DNA of 64,000 bases. It comes from an uncultured Verrucomicrobiae bacterium (GTDB lineage: Bacteria > Verrucomicrobiota > Verrucomicrobiia > Limisphaerales > UBA11358). Positions 28,985 through 37,785 of this stretch are shown in pieces (position 1 is the stretch's first letter; each line of letters opens with the position of its first letter). The stretch is from positions 16,448-80,447 of the forward strand of contig CAVWHM010000028.1 in the NCBI GenBank assembly GCA_963754775.1. The letters are read 5' to 3'. The notes under the pieces were generated by a model. The model was not told where the DNA came from and searched no databases. It saw only the letters and a program-made list of their open reading frames with translations. Made by a program: the position numbers and the translations under genes.

Positions 28985-30619
28985 TCACGAATTGCATTCG
29001 CGTTCCTTGGCGTAATTCGCGGATGGCCCCGGAACATTCGTTTGTAACGCGGCCAGAAATCCGCGCGCCTTGGCCAGCGTTTCCTCGTATTCCGCCTCCG
29101 GATTTGAATCGGCCACGATGCCGGCGCCAACATTGAAATGCGCCAGGCCGTCTTTAGACAACGCCGCCCGGATGATGATGCTCAACTGGCTTTCGCGGTT
29201 GAAGCCGAGATAGCCCAGTGCGCCGGTGTAAGGCCCGCGTGCAATGGGTTCCAGTTCGTCAATGATTTCCATCGCGCGGAACTTCGGCGCGCCGGTGATG
29301 CTGCCGCCGGGAAAACACGAGGCGAGCGCGGCAAAATGCGTCACGTCTCTTCTCAACCGGCCTTCAACCGTTGAGACCAGATGCTGCACCTGGGCGAATC
29401 GTTCGAGCCGCGCCAATTCCGGCGTCTGCACCGAGCCGAACTCGCACACCTTGCCGAGGTCATTGCGCAGCAGGTCGGTGATCATCACCAGCTCGGCGAG
29501 CTCCTTCGGGCTGGTCTGGAGCTCGTAGGCAAGTTGCGCGTCGCGCGTCGGGTCGGCATCGCGCGGGCGCGTGCCTTTGATGGGCCGGGTCTGGATATGT
29601 GAGCCGCTCAAACGCAAAAACTGTTCGGGCGATGAAGACGCGATTTGAAAGCGGCAGTGCCGCCCTCCCGTGTCGCAGTCGAGGAACGCCGAGAACGGAG
29701 CAGGGGAGACTGCGGCGAGGCGCTGAAAAAGTTCCCAACCTGTTTGGTTGGTGGGACGAGCGTCCCCGCGAGCCGGCTCGTCAGTAGCCTCGCTCCACCG
29801 TGGCAGCTTCACGGTCAGCCGTTGCGACAAATTCACCTGGTAAATGTCGCCGGCCCGGATGTAACGCTGCGCGCAATCGACGGCGGCGAGAAAATCAGCG
29901 CGGGTGATGTTTGAAGCAACAGCCCCCTCACCACGGGCCTCTCCCCGTTTGGCGGGGAGAGGGAGAAATTTTCGTGCGGTGCTGAAAGGTCGGAAGTCAT
30001 TCGCACTTTCCCCAGCCGGTGAATTGTTCACCCTCTCCCTTTCCAAAAGGGAGAGGGCCGGGGTGAGGGTTTTTGATAATTGATTTTTCCAGAAATCCAT
30101 TTGTTCTTTTGCCCGCTTTTCGCTGCGCGAACCGTCGGCGGCGAGGCCGGTGGAGACAATCCAGGTTTTGCCGAGGCGATGATCGAACACGACCAGGCTG
30201 TCGTAAAAACCGACGTGGCAGTCGGGCAGTTCGAGATCGTTGACGGCACGGCGCGGGAGCTTCGGCTCGGTGAAATTTTTCAGGTCGTAGCCCCAGTAAC
30301 CGAAGCAGCCGCCGAGAGGAAACGGCAAATCTATTTCGTCCAGCAGTTCGAAGCGTGACATCAAACTGTCAAGCAGATGCCACGGGTTCCCGAATTGGGT
30401 CCGGGGTCTGGCGTCCGGGGTCCGGGGCCTGGAGATTTCACAGCGCGAACCAAAAGAACGAAACGTGAGAAATGGATTTGCGGTGACGAATGAATAACGC
30501 GCCGACGGTGAATCAAACGACGAAGTGCGAAGCAGAACGATTCCTGCTTCGCCATAGAGTTGCTCGACCAGCGACTCCGGCGTGTGCGCAGCGGCGGTTT
30601 CTTGGATCAGCGGGCGCAT
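28985..30619 (-). CDS. pabB: aminodeoxychorismate synthase component I with two in-frame repeat insertions
   Basis: Chorismate-binding signature: GDIYQVNLSQRL, PAPFSAFL, SSSPEQFLR, TRPIKGTRPR, FPGGSITGAPK, RGPYTGALGYLGF, AGIVADS. ATG at 30619 lies just after the LOG stop codon. Confidence 0.9.
   Translation of the reverse strand: MRPLIQETAAAHTPESLVEQLYGEAGIVLLRTSSFDSPSARYSFVTANPFLTFRSFGSRCEISRPRTPDARPRTQFGNPWHLLDSLMSRFELLDEIDLPFPLGGCFGYWGYDLKNFTEPKLPRRAVNDLELPDCHVGFYDSLVVFDHRLGKTWIVSTGLAADGSRSEKRAKEQMDFWKNQLSKTLTPALSLLERERVNNSPAGESANDFRPFSTARKFLPLPAKRGEARGEGAVASNITRADFLAAVDCAQRYIRAGDIYQVNLSQRLTVKLPRWSEATDEPARGDARPTNQTGWELFQRLAAVSPAPFSAFLDCDTGGRHCRFQIASSSPEQFLRLSGSHIQTRPIKGTRPRDADPTRDAQLAYELQTSPKELAELVMITDLLRNDLGKVCEFGSVQTPELARLERFAQVQHLVSTVEGRLRRDVTHFAALASCFPGGSITGAPKFRAMEIIDELEPIARGPYTGALGYLGFNRESQLSIIIRAALSKDGLAHFNVGAGIVADSNPEAEYEETLAKARGFLAALQTNVPGPSANYAKERECNS
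29747..29800. repeat. GC-rich hairpin insertion in pabB (in frame)
   Basis: GGTGGGACGAGCGTCCCCGCGAGCCGGCTCGTC...CTCCACC, with GGGAC/GTCCC and GAGCC/GGCTC stems. Translated ...ATDEPARGDARPTNQ... Confidence 0.6.
29923..30070. repeat. ~148-nt composite palindromic insertion in pabB (in frame)
   Basis: Hairpins CTCTCCCCG-tttgg-CGGGGAGAG (29940-29961) and CCCTCTCCC-n9-GGGAGAGGG (30031-30057). The outer arms are CCCCCTCACC and GGTGAGGG. The same family occurs at 42076-42138. Confidence 0.7.
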
Positions 30620-30626
30620 TTCCGAA

Positions 30627-31307
30627 TCACGCAAACGCCTTGGGCAGGGCGCCGGGGGGGCCGACCAGGCGTTCGTATTCCAGAATGCGGTTGATGGCCT
30701 CCTGTGGATCATCGGTTACAGTGAGAAGGTCGAGATCGCCGGGACTGATGAATTTGTTTTTCCCCTCCACCTCCGTTTTCAGCCAGTGCAGCAGGCCGTT
30801 CCAGTGGTTGCGCCCGAACAGAATGAGCGGGAATTGCGGGAAGCGTTCGGTTTGCACGAGCGTGACGATTTCAAAGAATTCGTCGAGCGTGCCGAAACCG
30901 CCGGGCATGAACACAAACCCGAGGCTATATTTGGCGAAACACACCTTGCGCGCAAAAAAATAATGGAAGTGCAGCGGCACGTTGGTGTAACGGTTGCCGG
31001 CCTGCTCGCGCGGCAATTCGATGTTGAGGCCGACGGATTTGCCACCGCCCTGCGCCGCGCCCTTGTTGGCGGCTTCCATGATGCCGGGGCCGCCGCCGGT
31101 GACGACGGCGAGCTTGTGTTGCGCGAGACCCTTGGCGATGGCCACGGCGGCATGATAATACTTGTCATTCGGGTGTACTCGCGCGGAGCCAAAAATCGTG
31201 ACGGCGGGGCCGACTTGTGAAAGCGTCTGGAAAGAATCCACGAACTCGGCCATGATGCGGAAAATGCGCCAGGGATCCTCACGAATAAATGAAGTGGTGT
31301 CGTTCAT
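30627..31307 (-). CDS. LOG family protein (TIGR00730, cytokinin riboside 5'-monophosphate phosphoribohydrolase-like)
   Basis: VTGGGPGIMEAANKGA and PGGFGTLDEFFE motifs; 226 aa. Confidence 0.9.
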   Translation of the reverse strand: MNDTTSFIREDPWRIFRIMAEFVDSFQTLSQVGPAVTIFGSARVHPNDKYYHAAVAIAKGLAQHKLAVVTGGGPGIMEAANKGAAQGGGKSVGLNIELPREQAGNRYTNVPLHFHYFFARKVCFAKYSLGFVFMPGGFGTLDEFFEIVTLVQTERFPQFPLILFGRNHWNGLLHWLKTEVEGKNKFISPGDLDLLTVTDDPQEAINRILEYERLVGPPGALPKAFA

Positions 31308-31330
31308 GGCCGAAACATAGTCACGACGGC

Positions 31331-31369
31331 GAAATGAAACAAGCCGGAGAACCTGAAAATTCTCCGGCT
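31331..31369 (-). terminator. rho-independent terminator candidate after nrdJ
   Basis: On the minus strand, AGCCGGAGAA-n8-TTCTCCGGCT (10-bp perfect stem, 31342-31369) is followed by TGTTTCATTTC. Confidence 0.65.
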
Positions 31370-31389
31370 GGACTGTTCAACCCGGTTCT

Positions 31390-34300
31390 TCAAGAGCAGC
31401 CGAGGCTTTCGCCGCAATTCAGGCACTTGTAGCACGCGCCGTTGCGCACGGCCACGTGGCCACAGTTCGGGCAGGTGGGCGCGTCCTGTTGAAAATGCGC
31501 GATGGAATCGTTCAACGATCTCACCGTGGCATCGGCGGCGTGATGGCCGTTGCCGTTGCCCGATTTCAGGTCGGACGCGTCGTTGTCCTCGGCAATCGGC
31601 AATTCAGGCACCGGGCGATTCAATCTTTTCTTTTCCTCTTCGAGCAAACCGGGTATGGCCAGCTCCGGCTGTGCGCGATTGGCCGTGACCGCGGCGCGAT
31701 AGCCGGGAATGAATTGCACGGCCATCCAGCGAAACACGTAGTCGGTGATGGAGGAAGCGTTGCGGATTTCGGGATTTTTTGTAAAACCGCTCGGTTCGAA
31801 ACGCTGGTGGGCAAATTTTTTCACGAGGGCTTCGAGCGGCACGCCGTATTGCAATGCGATGCTGGTGAGCGTGCCGATGCCGTCCATCAGGCCGCCGATG
31901 GTCGAACCTTCCTTGGCCATCGTGATGAACAACTCGCCCGGGTGCTTGTCCTCGAACAAGCCAACCGTCATGTAGCCTTCGTGGCCGGCGATGTCGAATT
32001 TATGGGTGACGGCCGTGCGTGTGTCGGACAAACGGCGGCGCAGCGGTTTGCCGGTCTCGGTGCTCAGTCTGGCCACTTCGGTTTCCAGTTCCTTGATGCG
32101 GGTTTCGAATAGTGAGGTGTCCGCCGCAGTTGCGCCGCTGGAGCCGTCACTGCTCTTTTTGGTGCTTAACGGCTGCGAACGTTTCGAGCCGTCGCGGTAA
32201 ATCGCCACACACTTGAGTCCCATTTTCCAGGCCTGGATATAGGTGTGGCGGATTTCTTCAACGGTGCTTTCGGTCGGCATGTTGACCGTCTTGGAAATGG
32301 CGCCGCTGATGAAAGGCTGCGCCGCGGCCATCATTTTCAAATGTGCGAGATAATGAATGCTGCGCTTGCCGCGATGTGGCTTGAACGCGCAGTCGAAAAC
32401 GGTCAGGTGCTCCGGCTTTAATCCACTGCGTATGGTCTGGCCGCCCTCCTCCACGTCTTCAATCGTGTCGAATTTTTCGATATGCGCGATAATGCCTTCG
32501 ATTTCCCCGGTGCTGTAACCGAGCCGCTGGAGCGCCTGCGGCACAGTGCGGTTGACGATTTTCAACATGCCGCCGCCGGCGAGCAGTTTGTATTTGACGA
32601 GCGCGATGTCGGGTTCGATGCCGGTCGTGTCACAGTCCATCGAAAACGCAATGGTGCCGGTTGGCGCGAGCACGGTGACCTGGGCGTTCCGGTAGCCAGC
32701 CTTCCGGCCTTGCTCCAGCGCGCGGTCCCAGCAATGGCGCGCCTCCTCTTTCAGATAATTGAATTCCTGGCTGGGCTGGATTTTTTCAACGGCATCGCGG
32801 TGCAATTGAACGACGCCCAGCATGGATTCGACATTGTCCTTTTGAAGTGGTTTCGGCACATGCGCACAACGGGCGTCCTGGTAACCGGGGAATGCGCCGA
32901 CGCTCGCGGCGATTTCGGCGCTCTGCTCGTAGGCGTGGCCGGTCATAATCGCCGTGATGGCGCCGGCCAGCGCGCGGCCTTCATCGCTGTCGTAAGGCAA
33001 TCCGTAGCCCATGCAAAGCGAGCCCAAGTTCGCGTAACCCAGGCCGAGCGTGCGGAAAATATGGGAGTTTTCGGCGATTTCCTCCGTTGGGTAACTCGCA
33101 TTGTCCACGATGATTTCCTGCGCGGTGATAAAAAGGCGCACGGCGGCTTTGAAACGCTCCACGTCAAATTGGCCGTCCTGGCGTTTGAATTTTGTCAGAT
33201 TCAGCGACGCCAGGTTGCAGGCGGTGTTGTTCAGGAAAACATATTCGCTGCATGGGTTGGTTGAATGAATCGCATCGGTGCCTTTGCAGGTGTGCCATTT
33301 TTGGATCGCGCCGTCGTATTGCATGCCGGGGTCGCCGCAAATCCAGGTGCCTTCGGCAATTTTGAAAAGCAGCTTCGCGGCGTCCTTCTTTTCGAGCGGC
33401 TTGCCGGTGGTGATGGCGCGGGTCCACCATTCCTTGCCGTCAATCGCGGCCTGCATGAACTCGTCGCTGGCGCGCACGGAAAGATTTTCGTTTTGATACA
33501 TCACGCTGCCGTAGGCATCGCCGTTGTAGGAACCGTCGTAGCCCTGTTCGATGAGCGCCCACGCCTTCTTTTCCTCCTTCTGCTTCGCGTCAATGAACTC
33601 CTCAATGTCGCCGTGCCAGTCGTGGAGCGTGTTCATCTTGGCGGCGCGCCGGGTTTTGCCGCCGGACTTCACGACGTTGGCAACCTGGTCATAAACCTTC
33701 AGGAACGACAGTGGCCCGCTCGGACGTCCGCCGCCGCTCAGTTTTTCCCGCTTCGAGCGCAGCGGCGACAAATCCGTGCCGGTGCCGGAGCCGAATTTGA
33801 ACAGCATCGCCTCACTGTGCGCCAGCCGCATGATGCTTCCCATGTTGTCCTCCACCGACTGGATGAAGCACGCGCTGCACTGCGGATATTCATATTGCGT
33901 ATGGGCGCGCTCGGCCTCGCGGGTCTTGCGGCCGTAAAACCAGTTGCCCTTGCCCGAATTTTTGCCGATGCCGTATTGGTGGAAAAGCCCGACGTTGAAC
34001 CACACCGGCGAATTGAAGGCGCCGTATTGGTTGACGCATAACCAGGACAATTCCTCATGGAAAATTTCGCCGTCGGCCTTGCTGAAATAGCCGTCCGCAA
34101 TGCCCCAGTCCGCAATCGTCCGGGTGATGCGATGAATGAGCTGGCGCACGGAGGTTTCACGTTCCGGCGTGTTTTGCTCGCCGTAAAAGTATTTTGAAAC
34201 GACCACCTTCGTTGCCAGCAACGACCACGCCTTCGGCACCTCGACGTTTTCCTGTTTGAAGATCACCTTGCCGGCGTCGTCGGTGATCTCGGCGGTGCGG

Positions 34301-34482
34301 CGTTCCCACTCGATTTGATCGAACGGTTTGATCTTCGCGTCGCTGAAAACGCGCTCGATCCGCAGCGTTTTCCTCACCCCGTCTTTGTTGACTTCAATGT
34401 CCCGTGTCGCGGCCACTTTTGTGGCCCGGCGCCGCCCGGCGTGCGGGACAGGCGCCAAAATCTCTTCCCTCGCATCAATCAT
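31390..34482 (-). CDS. nrdJ: adenosylcobalamin-dependent ribonucleotide reductase (class II, NrdJ)
   Basis: 1030-aa intact ORF with NPCSEY, GLGYANLG and TGIEPD motifs. C-terminal zinc-ribbon CPNCG...CYKCLNCG. GGAGG lies 5 nt before the ATG. Confidence 0.95.
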   Translation of the reverse strand: MIDAREEILAPVPHAGRRRATKVAATRDIEVNKDGVRKTLRIERVFSDAKIKPFDQIEWERRTAEITDDAGKVIFKQENVEVPKAWSLLATKVVVSKYFYGEQNTPERETSVRQLIHRITRTIADWGIADGYFSKADGEIFHEELSWLCVNQYGAFNSPVWFNVGLFHQYGIGKNSGKGNWFYGRKTREAERAHTQYEYPQCSACFIQSVEDNMGSIMRLAHSEAMLFKFGSGTGTDLSPLRSKREKLSGGGRPSGPLSFLKVYDQVANVVKSGGKTRRAAKMNTLHDWHGDIEEFIDAKQKEEKKAWALIEQGYDGSYNGDAYGSVMYQNENLSVRASDEFMQAAIDGKEWWTRAITTGKPLEKKDAAKLLFKIAEGTWICGDPGMQYDGAIQKWHTCKGTDAIHSTNPCSEYVFLNNTACNLASLNLTKFKRQDGQFDVERFKAAVRLFITAQEIIVDNASYPTEEIAENSHIFRTLGLGYANLGSLCMGYGLPYDSDEGRALAGAITAIMTGHAYEQSAEIAASVGAFPGYQDARCAHVPKPLQKDNVESMLGVVQLHRDAVEKIQPSQEFNYLKEEARHCWDRALEQGRKAGYRNAQVTVLAPTGTIAFSMDCDTTGIEPDIALVKYKLLAGGGMLKIVNRTVPQALQRLGYSTGEIEGIIAHIEKFDTIEDVEEGGQTIRSGLKPEHLTVFDCAFKPHRGKRSIHYLAHLKMMAAAQPFISGAISKTVNMPTESTVEEIRHTYIQAWKMGLKCVAIYRDGSKRSQPLSTKKSSDGSSGATAADTSLFETRIKELETEVARLSTETGKPLRRRLSDTRTAVTHKFDIAGHEGYMTVGLFEDKHPGELFITMAKEGSTIGGLMDGIGTLTSIALQYGVPLEALVKKFAHQRFEPSGFTKNPEIRNASSITDYVFRWMAVQFIPGYRAAVTANRAQPELAIPGLLEEEKKRLNRPVPELPIAEDNDASDLKSGNGNGHHAADATVRSLNDSIAHFQQDAPTCPNCGHVAVRNGACYKCLNCGESLGCS

Positions 34483-34764
34483 GTTGCCTCCAAATGGTTT
34501 TTAAATATTTAATGCCCGGTGGCATCAAAGGAAAAAAGACGCCAACCGAGCTTCAAAAATTGCTAATTCTACGATAAACCCCGACTTGTTCTAAATCCTG
34601 TTTCCCCAATTAGTTGGGGAACGGCGACCATACTGCTACCACCTGTTGTGCGTTTCAAGAAAAATTTTCAAAAAAGTTACGAAAACGATATTCCCAAATA
34701 AAATCAACGGAAACTCTGCGTCTAAGTTGGGCAACGATGATTTATTCGCTGCGGTGAATAAAAT

Positions 34765-36288
34765 TTAGTGCGACTTTCCTCGCGCGCGTTTCTGTCTTTG
34801 GAACGGTTTTTGTCTCCGCACCGGTTCAACCGTCTTTGGCCTCGGCTTCGGCACCAGCACCATCGGGCAGCCCTCGTAACCGAACGCGCGGCGCAATTCG
34901 TTCGCCAGGTATTTTTTGTATTGCGCGGAAAAAAGTTCGTCGCGGTTGACGAACAGCAAAAACGTCGGCGGCGCCTGCCGCACCTGCGTGGCGTAGAAAA
35001 ATTTCAGCCGGTGCCCCACCGCGCTGACCGGCTGGCGGCGTTCGACGGCATCGTGCAATGTGCGGTTTAAAATCGCCGTCGGAATTTTCTGCTGCAATTG
35101 CGCGGCCACGTAACGCACGGCCTCGAGCAGGCGGTCAAGATTGAAACCGGACGTGGCCGACGTGAAAATCACGGGCGCGTAATCGAGAAAAAACAATTTT
35201 TCCTGCACCCACGTTCCGAATTCGCCGAGCGTGGACAGTTCCCGTGCCTGTCCTTCACGCCGATCCTTCCGGTTGCGCCGGCCGATTTCCTCTTCCCGCG
35301 CCCGGCGGACGGAGGCCTCCACCAAATCCCATTTGTTGACGACCACGATGCAGGCTTTTCGATTTTCGACGATGACATCGGCGATCTTTTTGTCCTGCTC
35401 GGTGATGCCCATTTCCGCATCCAGGACCAGAATGGCAATGTCGCAGCGCGTGACGGAGTCCTCGGCGCGCTGGACGCTGTAAAATTCAACTGAACCGTCC
35501 ACCCGCCTGGTCTTGCGCATGCCGGCGGTGTCAATGAGGATGTATTTTTGCCGCACCCCGTCGGTTTCGACCTCGAACGGCACGTCAATCGCGTCGCGCG
35601 TCGTGCCGGGAATCGGGCTGACGATGACGCGCGAGGATTGCGTCAGGGCGTTGATAATCGAGGACTTTCCGACGTTTGGCCTGCCAACAATGGCCAGTTT
35701 CAAAACCGAGTCCACAGTTGCCAGTCCACTGTCCCCAGTCAATTCGCCAGTAGGACTATGGACTGTGGACTGTGGACTGTGGACTGGCAAACCGGCAACT
35801 GCCGCATTCATCAAATCTTCGATGCCGCCGCCGTGAATGGCGCTGACGGGGAATATTTTCTCAAAGGCAAGTTCGGCAAATACATCGGCGTCCTTTTCCG
35901 CGCGGTGGTTGTCCGCCTTGTTGGCTGCGACCAGGACCGGTTTTCCGCTGCGGCGCAGCCGTTCGGCGACTTCGCGGTCGAGCGGCACAACTCCCTCCTG
36001 CACATTGACCACGAGAATGATGACGTTCGCCGCTTCGAGGGCCAGTTCGACCTGCTCCATGGCCGCTTTGATGATGACATCGCCCGACTTTTCGCGGCGT
36101 AACAGGCCGATGCCGCCGGTGTCCACAAGCGTGAACGGACGCCCCTGCCATTCCGCCTCGGCGGTGACGCGGTCGCGCGTGACGCCGGGCTGGTCATGCA
36201 CAATCGCAATTCGTTTGCCGACGATGCGGTTGAACAGCGCGGATTTGCCGACATTGGGCCGTCCGACAATGGCAATCAGGTTTGACAC
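34765..36288 (-). CDS. der: ribosome biogenesis GTPase Der (EngA) with in-frame repeat insertion in the inter-domain linker
   Basis: Two GTPase domains (GRPNVGKSALFN...DTGG...NKAD and GRPNVGKSSIIN...DTAG...NKWD) plus a KH-like C-terminal domain. GTG start. Confidence 0.95.
   Translation of the reverse strand: MSNLIAIVGRPNVGKSALFNRIVGKRIAIVHDQPGVTRDRVTAEAEWQGRPFTLVDTGGIGLLRREKSGDVIIKAAMEQVELALEAANVIILVVNVQEGVVPLDREVAERLRRSGKPVLVAANKADNHRAEKDADVFAELAFEKIFPVSAIHGGGIEDLMNAAVAGLPVHSPQSTVHSPTGELTGDSGLATVDSVLKLAIVGRPNVGKSSIINALTQSSRVIVSPIPGTTRDAIDVPFEVETDGVRQKYILIDTAGMRKTRRVDGSVEFYSVQRAEDSVTRCDIAILVLDAEMGITEQDKKIADVIVENRKACIVVVNKWDLVEASVRRAREEEIGRRNRKDRREGQARELSTLGEFGTWVQEKLFFLDYAPVIFTSATSGFNLDRLLEAVRYVAAQLQQKIPTAILNRTLHDAVERRQPVSAVGHRLKFFYATQVRQAPPTFLLFVNRDELFSAQYKKYLANELRRAFGYEGCPMVLVPKPRPKTVEPVRRQKPFQRQKRARGKSH
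35708..35787. repeat. heptamer-periodic inverted repeat in der, including GGACTNT x5 tandem array
   Basis: 35753-35787 is GGACTAT GGACTGT GGACTGT GGACTGT GGACTGG. The complementary arm at 35708-35740 is AGTCCAC AGTTGCC AGTCCAC TGTCCCC AGTC. Translated HSPQSTVHSPTGELTGDSGLATVDS. Confidence 0.8.
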
Positions 36289-36458
36289 ACGACCAAGATG
36301 GCGAAGTTTGCGATGTCGCGGAAGGCAAAAGCAGCCCGATATGCGGGACCGATGTAAATTTTCTTGCTTTTACGGACGGTTCTGTCAGAAAAGGCCGCGA
36401 TGAACCAGGTGGCTCATTGGCTTACCAACCAACAATAACATTACAAAAGGATTCCATT

Positions 36459-36830
36459 ATGAACAATAACGCAAGCGCAGCAGCGGGTGCAGCCATGGGT
36501 TTGGGATTGGTTCTCTTTATCCTGCTCATTGTTTTGGCGTTTTACGTGTTTTTCTGTTTCTGCGCCAAACGCATTTGTGAGAAATGTGGGGTGAATCCGG
36601 GCATCCTGATTTGGATTCCCATCGCCAACCTGGTTCCCTTGTTGCAGGTGGCCAAAATGCCGGTCTGGATGATCATCCTTTTTCTCATCCCGATCGTCGG
36701 CCTGATTGTTTCCATCATGATGTGGGTGAAAATCTGTCAGGCACGCGGGAAGAGCGGATGGCTTGTCATCCTGTTGTTCATTCCGATTGCGAACATCATC
36801 TTCATCCCCTATCTGGCCTTTTCGGAATAA
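36459..36830 (+). CDS. small polytopic membrane protein (DUF5684-like)
   Basis: 123 aa. The repeated IPI(A/V)N...L(F)IPIVG pattern is typical of DUF5684 proteins. GC content is lower than the surroundings. Confidence 0.6.
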   Translation: MNNNASAAAGAAMGLGLVLFILLIVLAFYVFFCFCAKRICEKCGVNPGILIWIPIANLVPLLQVAKMPVWMIILFLIPIVGLIVSIMMWVKICQARGKSGWLVILLFIPIANIIFIPYLAFSE

Positions 36831-36833
36831 AGA

Positions 36834-37604
36834 CTAATTCAATTTGCGCATCAGGCTTTTTGCGTGGTGGACCCAGACGCGGTCGCGCTTGCGCTGGAAC
36901 GTTGGAGCGTGAACGTCGTCGCCAATCACGTCCTGAAGTTCGGGGCGGGCAAGCGCCGGCTGGTTCTTGGCAATATAAAGCTCGGCCAGTTGCACTTTGG
37001 CGCGGGCGTAAGAGTGTTCCGCGGTGACTTGCTGCCAGATTTTCAGCGCGGAGTCCGTTTCGCCCAGCGCGGTCAGTGTCTCGGCCAGTGCCATCAGGGT
37101 GTAGCCGTAATCGTGTTTCGGATTTTCAGCGACCACCCCTTCAAGCAACGGACGGGCTTCGATGGCGCGCTTCTGCCGGAGCAGGCATTGGCCCAGGTGG
37201 GCGCGCGTGTCCAGGTCTTTCGGATCGCGTTCCATCGCCGCACGGTAGGATTTTTCCGCCTCCTCCAATTTGCCCTGCTGAAAGTAAATGTCACCGAGTT
37301 GCGAGTGATGATGCGCTTTGTCGAGATGATGGATTTGCGCCTGAAGTTCCTTGATGCGCTTGCGTTTGTGCGCACCGGGCAGTTCGAATCCGCTCATCGA
37401 GGACGGCGAGGCGCGATAGACCATGAAATAATAAAAAATCGCCGACAATCCCCAGCCGATGAAAATGAACAGCGCCCAAATCCATTCGCGGTTGCGGATG
37501 GCGTGGACGAGCATCCAGATTTGGAACGCGGTCATCACCAGCCAAACGGGGCTGGTGAGGAGGTAACTCCAGGCCGTGAAATCGGTGAGGAGCGAGGCGA
37601 ACAT
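36834..37604 (-). CDS. membrane-anchored TPR-repeat protein
   Basis: Two N-terminal TM helices (PLDc_N-like WMLVHAIRN...YYFMVYR) followed by TPR-like repeats (LGDIYFQQGKLEEAEKSYRAAMERDP...). Confidence 0.65.
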   Translation of the reverse strand: MFASLLTDFTAWSYLLTSPVWLVMTAFQIWMLVHAIRNREWIWALFIFIGWGLSAIFYYFMVYRASPSSMSGFELPGAHKRKRIKELQAQIHHLDKAHHHSQLGDIYFQQGKLEEAEKSYRAAMERDPKDLDTRAHLGQCLLRQKRAIEARPLLEGVVAENPKHDYGYTLMALAETLTALGETDSALKIWQQVTAEHSYARAKVQLAELYIAKNQPALARPELQDVIGDDVHAPTFQRKRDRVWVHHAKSLMRKLN

Positions 37605-37785
37605 ACGCGGAGATTAAAATTGAAATTAAAAATTGAAAACTAAAAACCGCCGGTTTTGCGTAGCGGCGTCTCGGCAGAGCGCCACCAATTTTAAAAATCA
37701 AAAGTGCGGCTTTCTGCCGAAAGCCGCTACGCCATTTGACCGATTTATTTTCAATTCTTCCTTAATTTGCGTTAAATCACCGGCG

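Noticed and set aside
35753-35787. Short tandem repeats as a possible CRISPR array or phase-variation switch
   Set aside because: The units are 7 nt with no spacers, and they lie inside an essential gene read in frame. There is no CRISPR-like repeat-spacer structure and no cas genes in the window.
37376-37400. GTTCGAATCC motif resembling a tRNA T-loop
   Set aside because: The flanking bases cannot form the T-stem or an acceptor stem, and the site lies inside the TPR-protein coding sequence. I found no convincing tRNA anywhere in the window.
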